A DNA stretch of 64,000 bases, from contig DF237014.1 in NCBI GenBank assembly GCA_000708835.1, positions 124,001 to 188,000 of the forward strand, in the 5' to 3' direction. How positions within the stretch are numbered: the stretch's first letter is position 1; each line of letters starts with the position of its first letter. The position numbers were made by a program, and so were the translations under genes. Origin of the DNA: Klebsormidium nitens (lineage: Eukaryota > Plantae > Klebsormidiophyceae). The notes beneath the pieces were generated by a model that saw only the letters and a list, made by a program, of their open reading frames with translations, made no database searches and was not told where the DNA came from. This document shows, one piece after another, positions 48,385 to 61,225 of the stretch.

Positions 48385-51300
48385 ATGGCGGTGAGTCGGC
48401 GCGAGGCGCCCGAGCCGCAGCCGGTGGTGGTGGTACGCACAAATACGGAGGCCAGCGCAGAGCGCCCCCCGGACGACGACCTGGCATCGTTTGAGGACGT
48501 GAAGGGCGCGCTGTACCGGCGCAAGGATTTTTTGACCACGGACGAGGCGGCCAAGAGCCACCCAAACCGCGCCTACTACTACCGCAAGACGCAGGACGTG
48601 GAGCGCTTGCTGCAGGTCTGCTCCGCCAAACTGGCGCAAGACCCCTCAAACACGCGCGCGCTCTTTATCCGCGCATCGGCATACGCCAAAAAGGGCGACG
48701 TTCAGGCAGCGGCAGCGGACTATACTCGGATCTTGCAAAGAGATGCGACAAACGAGGATGCGCTGTTTCAGAGGGGGACGCTGTATGAGAAGGCGGGGTC
48801 CCTGGATGATGCGATAGCAGACTTTACGCGCGTGCTGGAGCTGAACCGGGGGCATAAGAAGGCGGCGCTGCAGCGCGCGGCATGCCAAAACCTGAAGGGG
48901 AACCTAGGCAACCTGGAGCTGGCCATCACCGACTACGAGCTGGCGCTGCAGGGGGACGACAGCAAGGCGGGGTTTGCGTTGGGCGGCAGAGGTGGGGGGC
49001 GGGACGGCACCGCTCCGGGATGGGCCAGCAGCCAGGGCATCCGTGGCAGCGCAATGGAACCCCAGAGAAGCAGTGCAGTACCGCCCAACGGAGTTGTTCC
49101 AGACCTCTCGAGAAGCGACTCCAAGGCCTCGGACACCTCTCTGCAACAGATCTCGAGAAACGGCTCCGAGTCCTCGGAAACCCCTCTGAGAGAGTCCTCG
49201 AGGAACGGATCTGCGGCATCGGACTCGTCATTTGCAGGAGTGGTGCCGCAGCGTTCCCGGTCGCGCTCACCGTCTCCTCCAATCACAGAGTCGTCAGACG
49301 AGCGGGTCGGACTTCCACGCAGCACGCACGGGCGTCTGGGCGAGGAAGGGCCAGCGTCTCCCTCAAGAGCGGAGCAGTCTTCCCCACAGGTAATCAGCAG
49401 GGGCAAGGAGGCCAAGGAACACAAGGGTACAATCAGGAAAGCGGGGAAGGCCGTCTCTGGGGGAGGCGCCGTTGAGGCTCACGAAGGGGACGGTGCCTCG
49501 ACATCCGAGGCAGGGGCAACGGAGGCGGAGCAGCGCGGCAAAGACGGGGCGGGGCCGTCGGCGCAGCCCAACACGGCAGACTACTACCACGCCCGGGGGT
49601 TTGCGCACCGCAAGTCCGGCAATTTTAAAGCCGCCATCGAAGACTACTCCAAGGCCATCGAGCTGGACCCCCGGCACTTCAAGGCGTTGTTCAACCGGGG
49701 CTTCTCGTATGACAAGGTGAGGCACACCCCGTTGTTATCGTCAGCCAAAATTCGAGAAAGCCGAAGCCTTTGAGACAGCCACAGCGAGGGGCGAACCTTC
49801 GTCAGAATTGCATTTAGGATGCTTTTGATGCTGAGAACACTTCCTGGCCACAACGTGTCTCGTTCTTTCAGATTTCTGGCAGCTTCGTGAGTTAAAGCCT
49901 GCCTTTCATTAGCAGCGGATTGCTGAGCTGACAGCTCCTCTCCGCTTCTCGAGAGGAGACTTGGAAACATCTGACGCTCGCGCCTGACTCGGCTGCCGTC
50001 CTTTCTAGGTGGGCCACTTTGAGGCCGCCATTCGAGATTACACGCGCGCGCTGGAGGTGCTGCCCAACAACGGGTACGCCTACTACAACCGGGGGATCAC
50101 GCTGGACCGACAGGCAAGTCACTCCTGCGAGCTCCCCTCTGCAGAAGCTCTGCCACGGAAGCAGCGAGCAAGATAGCGAAGGCTTGCCTGGAAAGTACAC
50201 CATTCGTGCGCTGAAGGGTGAACGAAAGGAGCCATGTCTGAGGCGTCTGGTTTGACAAAGTGCTGGGTCGCTGTGGCTGCAGGGCAAGTACGCGGAGGCG
50301 ATAGAGGACTTTACCCGGGCCATCAAGCTGGACCCTCAGAACGCGGACTTCTACCACAACAGGTCAGCTGCCGAAAATTTCAACCACTTGTGATACAAGC
50401 CGTCGGGAATGAAGAGTACAAAGCATGGAGTTTTGATATATAGTAGAAGCCTAGTCGCCCTTTTCAGGAGATATGATCGGGGCATGATTCAAACAATCGA
50501 GACAGATTGTGCATGCTGTGCGCAGGGGGTTTTCGTTCCGCAAGCTGGGCCGCTTCCAGGACGCGATCGTGGACTACAGCCGCGCCATCGCGCTGAACCC
50601 GAGCCACTGCCGCGCGTACTACAACCGCGCCTTCAGCCACGACCGCTCCAAGAGCTACGCGGCCGCCATCGCGGACTACACCCAGGTGCGGCCGCGGTGG
50701 GCCGCCGATTGGGGGCCCAGGAACAGAATATGTCAACCGCACCAAATTTTTCACTTCGAGATTCTGGAGATTGAGACATCGTGAATGCAAACGTTACTCG
50801 TATGCGAGGTCAGGGAGCTTGTCTCTTAATCATCCCCCCCTGCCTGACTGCCGCCCGGTGTACGGTGCACAGGCGCTGGCGCTGGAGCCCAACAACGCGA
50901 CGGCGTATCACAACCGGGGCTCGCTGTACGAGCGCGTGGGGCGGCTGCCGGACGCGCTCGCGGACTTCACGCGGGCCATCGAGATCGACCCGTGAGCACA
51001 CGCGCCGCAACCATCAACCATCGGGATAGTCAACTTAGAGCGTCAAAGGAACGGACCAGACACATTTGTCACCATACTTTGTTGAAATTGCCTGCTGCGA
51101 ACTCGTAAACTCGATGTTGCCCGGGTGATTGCCCGGGTTTTTGAGCGAACCCCTTACCCCGCCGGCGGGTTGCGCGCAGGGAGGGCGCGCTGTCGTGGAA
51201 CGCGCGCGGTCTGTTGCAAGAGCGGCTGGGCCGGCCCGAGGACGCGGCCAAGGACTTCGACACCGCCGTCACACTGGTGCGTAGCTTAGACTAACACTAG

Positions 51301-53116
51301 TGCCCTGCTAGACTCTAGCGAACCGCGCACCATTCAGTGCAGACCGTGACTATGCCTTAGGATGGAGTCTAGAGAGACGTAGCTTGATCGCGCTTGACCT
51401 TGATGCAGGCTCGCTGCTCACGCGGTCCGACATACGCTTACGAGTACGCATCGAAGCCTCCAGGCAAGATTGTTGGGCTTCTAACATCAGACAAGGAACA
51501 GTCGGAGCGTACGAAAGAAGGATTGTAGAAATTTGCGTAACATTCGGGCTCCTATTCCTGAGTCGCCAACCGCACTTGTCGCAGGAGCCCGGCAACGCGA
51601 CGTTCCTGAAGAACCGCGGGCTGTGCTTGCGCAACCTGCGGCAGTTCGAGGCGGCGGTGCGCGACTTCGACGCCGTGCTCAAGCAGCTGCCCGCCGACTT
51701 CGTCACGCTCAGCAACCGGTACGCTCCCCCGGGGGCCTGCCCGCACCTCGCCCTTCCTTTTCTCCAAAGTGGTCTTAGAGAAACCCCCGCAGGTTGCTGC
51801 GGCCTTCCTTGACCTTATTTCTCATTGGGTGCGGCCGAATAAGCTGGGGTTGCAGGCTTCGAAGCGACGGCGATGGATCGAAATCAAAGTCGGTTGTGCT
51901 GCGCTTGGACCCCTGTTTCTCGACTGCCGGGCGACCGCTAACGGGTTTTCATGTTTGGCGTACAGGGGCTACACGCACCGCAAGATGGGCAACTTCGGGC
52001 AGGCCATCAAGGTAAGCGAGCCGCGAGTTCGCGCATAAAAGCAACACGCCCATGCCTGGCCGCACACAATCCTTTCCGAAGCCTTCAAATCCAAAGAGGC
52101 AGGTTGTCGTGCTATTCAATTACTCAAGGGTGTGAGGAATTGGCATGAGTGCTTGAATCAAGGATGAATATTCTCCCGAACCATCCCGTGTTCGTTCGCG
52201 AGAGCTGCGCTTCACAAGATGCGAGTCGAGGGAAACGCGGGCAGCAGTTCACGAATCAACGGTTGAAGAAGGAGCGGTGTGTGCGTTGCGCAGGACTACA
52301 CGGCGGCCATCGGCGCGAGCCCTGCCAACGTGCGGCTGTACACCAACCGCGCCTACTGCCTGGCCAAAGTGGCGCTCTACGAGGAGGCCGTCGCGGACTA
52401 CGACCGGGTGGTGCAGCTGGAGCCGGGGAACACGCACGCGCTGCACAACCGGGGCATCAGGTGACTGCCCGGGGCAAAAGTCTCGCTCGCGCGATTATGC
52501 ACGTGCAGCGGAATGGAAGAAGCCGAAGCTTCCGACCCAGGAAAAGAAGCCCTGTTGCGGCGGAAGGCAGGAGCAGCCCCGGACCCGAAATTCCGTAGGG
52601 GTCGGAGAATTGTGAGAGAAAGGCGGCCCAAAAAGAAGCCACAAGGGCGCCGTGCGATCGCTTCCGTTTACGATAGATTTTGGATACGTGTGCTCTGACA
52701 CTCACGGGTGCTCGCTGTTGCAGCTTCGACAAGATGGGCGACTTCGAGCGGGCGATCCAGGATTTCACCGCAGGTGCGCAAGTGCCGCCTGAATGTGGGC
52801 AAAACTGTGCGCGAGCATGTTCGCGTGCGTTCCTGGCTGCCGTCCTGGCTCAGCAGCGGAATGCGAAGGCTTTGTAGATGACCGACTCCCCTGCTTGCTA
52901 AATTCCTGCATATCATTGCTGCATCCGTCCCCCGGCCCCGTTCCTCGGTGCTGACGTGGCCCCATCCGTGCGCTCCCCGCAGTGCTGGCCCTAGACCCCG
53001 GCAACGCCAACGCGTTCTTCAACCGGGGCTCGGCATACGACAGCCTCGGCGACTTCGACCGCGCCATCGCGGACTACACGCGCGCGCTCGAGATGGACAT
53101 GGCGCACAGCGGGTGA
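48385..53116 (+). CDS. Multi-TPR protein: N-terminal TPR cluster, Ser-rich linker, and a long C-terminal TPR array (roughly 15 or more repeats in total)
   Basis: ATG 48385 follows a ttgcag acceptor. Repeated TPR consensus such as ALFQRGTLYEKAGSLDDAIADFTRVLELN, YYHARGFAHRKSGNFKAAIEDYSKAIELDP and AFFNRGSAYDSLGDFDRAIADYTRALE. About 12 phase-consistent exons. Confidence 0.9.
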
Positions 53117-53943
53117 GCGCCGCCGCGCGCGCACTTCTTGCTGAAGAGTTCGAGAGTCTCGGGTCAAAGGCACCCACGAAAGCGGTCAAAGTGGCGACGT
53201 TCTTCCGCCGTTTGGCTTGGCGGCCTCGCAAAGCTTGAACAGCCAAGTGTTTGCTTCACCTGACAAGAGACCGTGGGGAAGTTGCTTCCTCGGCATCCCT
53301 TGCCGCCACCATATGGCAACGGTCTCGCAAACTGCTGTTGTCAGCTTCTGACGGCACGCTCGTGCGTGTCTGCGGAGTCAGACGCTTCTAGACATGCTCG
53401 CACACATCTTGATTACCCCCGTGTCTTGCAGCGATGCCAAGTCAAGTGCAGACATCTCTGCGGCGGCAGCGGCGGCGTTGGAAAGGCAACGGAAGCGGCA
53501 CCAATGACGTCCGAATACTTCCCCCCATTTGTAGCAGAAAGGGCTTTAGCCCGCCGCGTTGACACTCTGCAATTCGGGCAAAGCCAGCTGAAGCACCGGA
53601 GCGTGCCCGAGTGCAGCTAGTGACAGCTGTCGTCTGTGGCGTAGATTCGTCCTGTTGCGCTCTGTTCAAAAGCATACAAGGTCCTTTTAGGGGCCTGGCA
53701 CCGGATACCAATCATTTCGGGAAGGCTGTCGGGCGTGGCCAACAGCTATATATAAATAATTATATGCCGTAACGCCTTAACAGCTATATCGCAGTCCAAG
53801 GTTGCGCGCGGTCTCAAGCGGCCTGCAAAACTTGAATTACACACATGGCATCATCAGCAAGCTTGTGCTTAACCTGCATGCTTTAAGGGGAGACAGCCGC
53901 TGAATAACTCTTAAACGGCAGCTTATAAGACTCAATTAAGGGG

Positions 53944-54003
53944 TGCATACATCGGCTGGGTTATTTGGGGTAGTGCATACATTGGCTGGGTTATCTGGGG
54001 TAG
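53944..54003. repeat. 30-bp tandem duplication, intergenic
   Basis: tgcatacat(c/t)ggctgggttat(t/c)tggggtag x2, 2 mismatches. Confidence 0.9.
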
Positions 54004-54916
54004 TGCCAGTCGATCACGCCAACCTGGAAGCGGTAATGCTCGGTACCTTCAGGCGCCAACAATGAAGGGCTGGCCAGCTAGACATTTATACCAAATTTCC
54101 GCGAGCCTGTGTACAACGAACTGGTCGCCGTTTACTTAGGTCTGAGAACATACAGCTAGGTGCATCGGTCTGCGCCCCACCCATGGTATAGCGTTTTCAT
54201 TCATGTCACACGTGCATGCACGAAAAGACGCAATAGCTGGAGATCACATCAAAGTCCGAATCTCTGTGAGCATACCTGTCTTTCAACGTACAGCTAAGCA
54301 GACATGATCACTCACGTAAACAAAATTAGACGCACTGAGCATGATATTATCGGTGACAGCCGCGCTACTGATTGAAACTATGGCCGAAAAGGCGTCAACC
54401 TTTTAATGATGTTCATGATTCCAGGCTCGGGGAGATTTTCAAGGTACAGCGACTATTGTTGATTCATCCCCAAAAAAAGATTTGTTTTGAGACTGACCTT
54501 CGCAACTGCATGTTGATGGAAAAGCCACTACCTGTGCCCTTACTTAGCGTCCGCAAGTCTTCCTTAAACGTAATCTAGCGCCGTCATCCATGCAAGGCAC
54601 TTAGTCAACTCACCTAGCATTTTGCATCCGCCTCTTGACATCGGCATACAATTGGATACGAGGAAGTGACTGGTCCTCTGTACACCGCAAAGCATCAACT
54701 ACGACTACAAGTCCTGCACGCGCCCTTTCATATAAGTTAACGCGCGAGCGCCTTGCTGAGAATCGCGTGGCGCTTACATACACGGCGCGAGCGTAGCACA
54801 TCTGATTGCGTAGAACATCTGACTGCCCGCAATCCAATCTGGCGCTGCATGGTGCGCCTCTTGCAGCAGCTTTTAAGCAGCATGCGACTGCGCAGCTTCT
54901 ACTCTGCTTCGCACAT

Positions 54917-57900
54917 TCATACCAGGTCGGAGAACGATGTCACCACCTTGTGCGGCTTGCGCTTCTCCGGGGGTCCCACGGAAGTCGGCAGGCCAGGCGC
55001 CGTCTTCCGCTGAAGAGAGCTCGCCCGCCGCTGGACCTGCTCGTCGGTCAGTCCCACCCCCGCGGTCTGAGCCTGGTCGAAGTGGAGGATCTGCTGCAGG
55101 ACCTCCACGCCCGCGGGGGCGTCCTCCAGCCTGGCCCACCAGAGGGAGCACTCACTTCAGGTTTGCTGTGAGCATGGGTATGACATTCTGTACTTCGGAT
55201 GGTGAGGTCGGCTGGGCCATGCACCGTTGAGAAGTGGCCAAGGGCTTGGATGTCAACTCCCGAACAGCTCAAGCAGAACAGTCACCCATTCTCAAGCGAC
55301 CTTGAAGAAGCCAACATATTATCTGCTCGGCAGCATGGACGGTGGCTGTGAATGTCGCGCCTCTCTACAGTCGACACTTCACTCTTGGATTTGTAGCACA
55401 CAGTCAGAATGTACTGCAAACACAGCCGGTCCTGAAAATGCGTGTCACAGGTGTGCGTTTTGGGCGGATGCGATTAAGGGGCCATCGTCCGGTAAAGCAA
55501 CCCAACAGCGGCCAATTCACCTCTGCAGGTGTCTCCTCAGGTCGTCCACTCGCGCCGCCAGCTCCTCATCGTCCGGAGCGTCCTCCTCAGCTCCTCCCAG
55601 CACCGCAGCCTGCGGTACCTCCTTCGACTCCCCCTGCGTTGCGCCCCCCTCGTGAGTGCTCCCCACTTCTTTCGAGCCCGGTTGCTCATCATCTCCTCCA
55701 CGTGGCGCTGCCCACGTGGCAGCTTCCTGGAGGGTGTCTCGGGCTGTAAGGTAGACCGAGTATTCCCGGTCCTGAAGGGAGGCCCCCCCCATGGCCGGCG
55801 AGGGGGGTGCCGGCAGCAGGTGCTGCATGAGCTGGGTCGTCGCGCGCAGCCGGTCCTTAGCGCGGCCCACCGCGCTCTCCTCCGTCGTCACAGCGGAGCC
55901 CTCGTCCTGCACACACATGACTCTAACGACCTGATGAAAGTTATCTTCAACAATACCAAGGTCGAAGTGTAGAAGGGAAGTCGTCGAGGACGGGTGGGTT
56001 TACTATGGGGATAAGGGGTGCATTCGCGTGCGGAGCGAGTCATATTGTGCTTAGGGCTTTGGTGTCAGTTCACGAGGAGATTCCCCTTTGTGAACGCTAT
56101 TAGATCCTTATTACTGTCTAATTGTACGGTTATAAGATGTGACGTCTGATTGGAATAGCGTCTCCATCATCCCCTTGCTTTGCACCATGGCTTGTGTGTG
56201 GCTGTCGAGTCTTCGGAAGGTCGAGTCTTCGAAAGGTTGAGCGGTTCTTAAGCTTGCCCCGTAAAGAACCAGAGTCGCAACAAGCAGGCACAGATGCATG
56301 CATTGCGAGGTGGTTCCAGTCAAAGTCAGATTCGTTCTTTCAGTGCTTGATAGGAGCGAATGAGTGCATAGAAACAGTTACTAGGTGCATTGACACTGTC
56401 AAGCAGTCAGCAAGGGCTGACTCGCAATGTCGGCTCCTTGGAGTCACAGAAGTCAGCTCACTTCACCAACAAGAAGGAGGAACTTCCGGCTACGGCTTGG
56501 CAGGCCACCCTGGACAACTTAGGTGCGTCTTTAGAAACCTACATTACTTCGCTATTCCCATCATGACCTTGTCGAGAAGCGGCATGTTGTCAAAGCCAGG
56601 ACTTTGGCTGTTTGAAAGAAGAACCAGGAGAGATAAACGCCCCTTACCAACTCAGGCTTTCGACCGACGGCGGACGACCACTGCACCTCCGAGTCCCTGC
56701 AGTCGCAGAAGAGGCTCCCCGTTAGAGGGCAGTCCCCTGCTGTTCGGATCCAACAGCACGTGCAGCCACAGACGGGCGGGGCAAGCTACTTCGTTCCACT
56801 AGCTGCGAAATTGCAGACCCTCCTTCATCGCGAGAAGACCAACCTCTGGCGAAAACCGGATGAAGAATAAGACAAGGGCATCCAACCCCCGAGTAACACT
56901 AGACGTAAAAAGGTCGAACCAGACTCACTTTCCTGAGAACGAGCCGCCTGTTCCATGTACGGCGGCCTAGCACAGAAGGGCACCGCAGGAAACTCTTAAA
57001 AGGATCCATATGTTTAAGTGTATACAACCAGGCAGTTAGTCCAGATCCTAGCTAAAAGCCAGCATGAGGTAGTTCAAGTTTTTCGAATCTGTGTATCGGC
57101 TTACCGGACACTGGGCAGACCCTTGAACGCCAGCGCTGGCCCCCCGTCCACCTGGCCCGACTGCCACTCTGCCGCTTCTTCTAAGTCTATGTCCGGCAAG
57201 CTTCTGTTTGCCAGCTTCTCCTTATTTACAGCTAGAGTCTTGATCTCGCTAACTACTGATCCACCTTCAACCTTAACGGCGTCTTTGGCTAGCTCAAAGC
57301 CCTCTGTCACAGGTACCTCGTTCCGAGGGCTGCTGCCTCTATCTAAGCCGCTTTCTATATTCCCTTGAGGCAGCGCAAAAGCTGCCCCCAGCGCACCGGT
57401 CCCATGCCGTAGTGCCAGCTCCCTTTTGCTTTCCGCAGATCCTTGTAGAAGCGCTCCACTCTGCCGGGCCACTTCCCCTGTCTCTGCTCTGACCAGCTTC
57501 CGAAGCTCAGCTGCTGGCGTGCCATCTGAACCTTCCTGTTTCAGCACACGAGGGGGGCCCCCCGGCGCCTCAACCGAGGGCCCCGCCGCCCCCCTATTCT
57601 TCCCCTCGGAATTACGCTTTTCGCGGCCTGAGTTCTTCCCCGGACCCGGAGTCGTCCCTGTGGTCTGTACGCTCCCCTCATTCCCACCTCCGTCAAATTG
57701 CCTTGTCCTGGGTGAGGCCTGCGGGGCGGGATCCCCCTGCCCAGCAGCGCTGCCCTTGCCCCCGTCACTGCCCGCGCCGGCAGTCCCCATCCGGTGCGCT
57801 TCGATAGCGTCTGCCAGGATGCGCAGCGGGCGGTTGCTCGCCAGAACCTGGGCTTGGAGATGGAGCGGGACGGTCTCGTGCAGCGCTTGCAGCTGCATGA

Positions 57901-60900
57901 CCAGGATGGGGATGGACGCGGGGGGCAGGCTCTCCGGTGCCAGGCTGACCAGAACGGGAACGGACGGAATGGATGACGGAACGCGTGGGAGGCCGGACCC
58001 GCCGGAGGAGGGCCATGTGGAGTAGGCGGGAGACATGGGCTCGGGTGCGGGGGGTAGCTCCCAGGTCTTCGGCTTGGGTGGTGACAGGGGCTGGGCGTCA
58101 GCGGGGCGGGTCAGCGGAGCGCTCGAGAGGCGCATCCGTTTGGTGGCAGGTCCAGTCTGTGGGAGGTGACGGGTGGGTAAGAGGACGGCGGGACCTGACA
58201 TCGCATGGAGGCTGCCAAAAAGAACAACACTGTTCCCAGCTCTGAGTTCGTGATGTTACTATTGAACTTCTGGATCTCCCCGTTGCAAACTTCAACTTTT
58301 GGCACGCAAAACACTTTCCTTGCACTGGGCACCTGAGATAAGAGAAGCAGGAAGTTCTCGACCTCGTCCTTACCCGTCAACAGGTACGTGGCTATGCAAT
58401 CATGGAAACCAAATGGTTGTCAGCTTCTTCCCAACGCCTTTTGATGAATGGTTCATGTCGGCGCACTCCCTGCCGTGATCCTGCCAGCAGTAAACTCAAG
58501 CCTCTGCAACAGTGTTGACTTAAGGCGTTAAACTACGAACCAGAATTGGAAAGCATCTCTCACCTGCTCCGTCTTTTCGCTGCCAAACCCTCCGGTCCAC
58601 CCTCTTCCCAGCTGGCCGAATGTTCGACCCAAGGGGTAGGTCAGCGGAGGAGAAGTCGGGAGACCTTCAGAGCGGCCCCCTCGTAGCGGAAACTCTGCAA
58701 ACGACGAGGTTCGGGGGTTCGCCGAGCTGAGCGGACCACTGGGGAGGGGTTGCGGCAGTAGTGCCTCCCCAAGGGGGCTCAGGGGCCACGGGCTGCTCCG
58801 CTCAAGCCCAGGGCTCATGGCTGGGTCAGCGAACCCGGAATTACGGTCCAAGGAGGTGGGGGACGGCTCAGCGGAGCTGGAGCGGAGGGACGAGCTGAGG
58901 CTCAACGAGTCTGGGTTGAGCTGGGGGAAGGCGAAGGCCTGCTTGAGGGGCGCCGACTTCTGGAAGTCGAGATGGTAGCGCTCCAGCAAGCCGCTCGGGG
59001 GGGTGAGCGCCGAGGCTCCCGTTGAAGCCTGGAGGGACGGAGACCGGGTGGTGGGGCCCGCCCAGGGGATCTGCGGACCCTGGGACACACAGATCGAAGA
59101 AAGATCAGGAACGGGCAGGTTTATGTCTTGACAAAAGCTATTTCATTCAGAAGGCACGCTGCGCCGGCTGGCCGATCAGTCTGGCCGTGCTCACGGGTAG
59201 AAGTGATACGGTTGCAAGGAGGAGCATGGACCGAGCCGACTTGGAGCGCCGACGTGCGTCTGATGCTTTTCACATGGTTGGACCCTGTCAGGCAGTCTTC
59301 CTAGCGAAGCAGACCCTGACACGAAGATCAACTGACCATTGAATCCTTGCGCAGTGCTCCGAAAGAACTGCTCAGAACCAAGAGTTGCTGTAGTCCATGC
59401 AAAAGTTTCCTCTCCAGGCCCACTTTCAAAGTCTGACACTGCTTCACCCACTCGTGACCCACTGTTTACCAGGGACCATACGACCGGACCATGCAGCTGT
59501 TAAGAAACCAGGGGAAGCAGCGGCTCTCACCCTGCTAGGGTCCCCTGTTCTTACACCACCAGCACCTCCAATACCACTGGCGAAGGCGGCCGCCCGCCCC
59601 GGCGTCAGCGTCTCCGCCAGCTGGCGGTCGAATTCGGCCCCGCCCCCGGACGTTGGAGGAGGGTTCGTCTGAGGATTTCTGCTCCCCAGCTGTGCGGCAA
59701 AAGCAGCACTCGCCAACTCTGGGGTGAAGCCCGGCCCGTGCGTCTCACGCAAAAGCGCGGAACTCGGCCGTAGGGGTGCTGTAAAAGGGCTGCGCTGGCT
59801 GGATATCCGCTGGAACAGCTCTTGCTCCGCGGCGCTGCTCTGAGGAGACTCCACGTGCCCCACACTACGCCCCTTCTGGCCTCCGAAGAGCGTCCCACTA
59901 AAACCCGGAAGTGGCTCTGGCAGCGGCATCCCCCTGCTCGAAAATGGTTCGCTCTGCAACGAGCTGTCCGGTGTGGCATAGACCCCCTCTCCCCTGTTTT
60001 GCGTCATGAGCGATCCCCCGTCACCCTCGTCCTCGTTCCACAGTGCCTGCATCTCCGCATGGCTGAGGCCCACCTGCTCCAGGGAGTCGTCAGCCGTGTT
60101 GCTGGCCTCCTCCCGCGGGACTGACTGCTTCCCCGGTCCAAACCCCTGCGCATCCGTTGCAAGCGCCACAGGCAAAGCGTCATTGTTTGCACGCTGCCTC
60201 AAGGAAGCGATCCCTAGGAGGCCCATGGGGCCCTTCTCCAGTTCCCCTGCCAGCCCCGCAGTCACAGCCTCTACCTGCATCCGTTCCATCTCGTCACCTT
60301 CCCGTTTCTGGAGTATCTCCGCCTGTTCGCCGCCTCCCCCTTTCACCTTGATCTTTTCTGCTTCTGCACTTGTTGCCCCCGAATATTCAGCATTTCTCAT
60401 CTGGGGCGTCCCCTCCAATCTTGCTCCAGCCCCATGGTCCCCGAGAAAAGCTCTGCCCACATCCCCAGTGTGAACTAGGAGTGCCTTCATGCCAAGTACG
60501 GGTTCCCTCTTGGGTGTTCCAGGGGCCTTTGCGTCAGGAACCCGAAGCGGGCCGAGTCTGCCAACTTCCTCGTGCTCTGGACGGTTTTGCGGCCTGCTGA
60601 GAGTGGACACGTCAAAGGGGCTTCGAAGTAAGAGGCTCTCGGGAGTCTTTGGCTTGGGCGGTGCTCGTACTGCATGCGCCTTGCACTTGTTCCCGGCGGA
60701 CCGGCAGCAGGCACTGCACAGCACGCCCACGCAGCTCTGGTTCGCCTGCAAACAGAGGGCGCAGATGGAAGACACTCTCAGCCAGGGCCACCAAGATATC
60801 ACCAACATGCAGACGGAGAAAAATTGGCATGCTGCAGGTAGTTGTGGGGCTGAGGAACACGGAATCGGCACATATTGCAACTGATACGAAGGCTTCAAAG

Positions 60901-61225
60901 TTGTTTAGAAGTGTTTGTGGACCAGGAGCGCCCCAGGTGCCAGTTTCCGAAGCAGAAGGCTTGCTCCATGTTTGAAGTGTGGCAACAACACATGCAGCCG
61001 CATTGTACACTTCAGCTCATCTTCGTCACAGGGGGTATCCGGCGACTGTTTCCAGTTACCAGCGGCGTCCTAAGGCAATGGAGCCGCCCTCAATACTTTG
61101 GCCCCACATGGCTTATTCACCACACCGCATGCAGAGTATGATCCGTTGCTTACCCTGCCGCCGCAGCCGCTCTTGGAACACGTCACCGGAGGCGGCCTCC
61201 CTCTCCTTCCGTTGTCCCCATCCAT
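54917..61225 (-). CDS. Large, mostly disordered protein with an N-terminal SHI/STY-type (DUF702-like) Cys/His zinc finger
   Basis: Exon 61154-61225 (MDGDNGRRGRPPPVTCSKSGCGGR) splices in phase 0 to the exon starting at 60745 (ANQSCVGVLCSACCRSAGNKCKAH). Further open exons lie at about 59531-60745, 58565-59070, 57110-58195, 56660-56700, 55530-55910 and 54917-55135. The start and the 58565/58195 junction are uncertain. Confidence 0.65.

Noticed and set aside
48882-49725. Several long overlapping or antisense ORFs within the first TPR exon (similar cases at 57426-58025 and 60006-60473)
   Set aside because: Typical shadow ORFs of GC-rich coding exons, with no independent motifs.
22284-54003. Direct repeats considered as possible CRISPR-like arrays
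   Set aside because: Only 2-3 adjacent copies with no spacers, in a eukaryotic intronic or intergenic context.
59191-59451. ORF with EETFAWTTATLGSEQFFRS, faintly like the SRS IGGH region
   Set aside because: It has no good acceptor, lacks the IGGH core, and the flanking exons join in phase without it.
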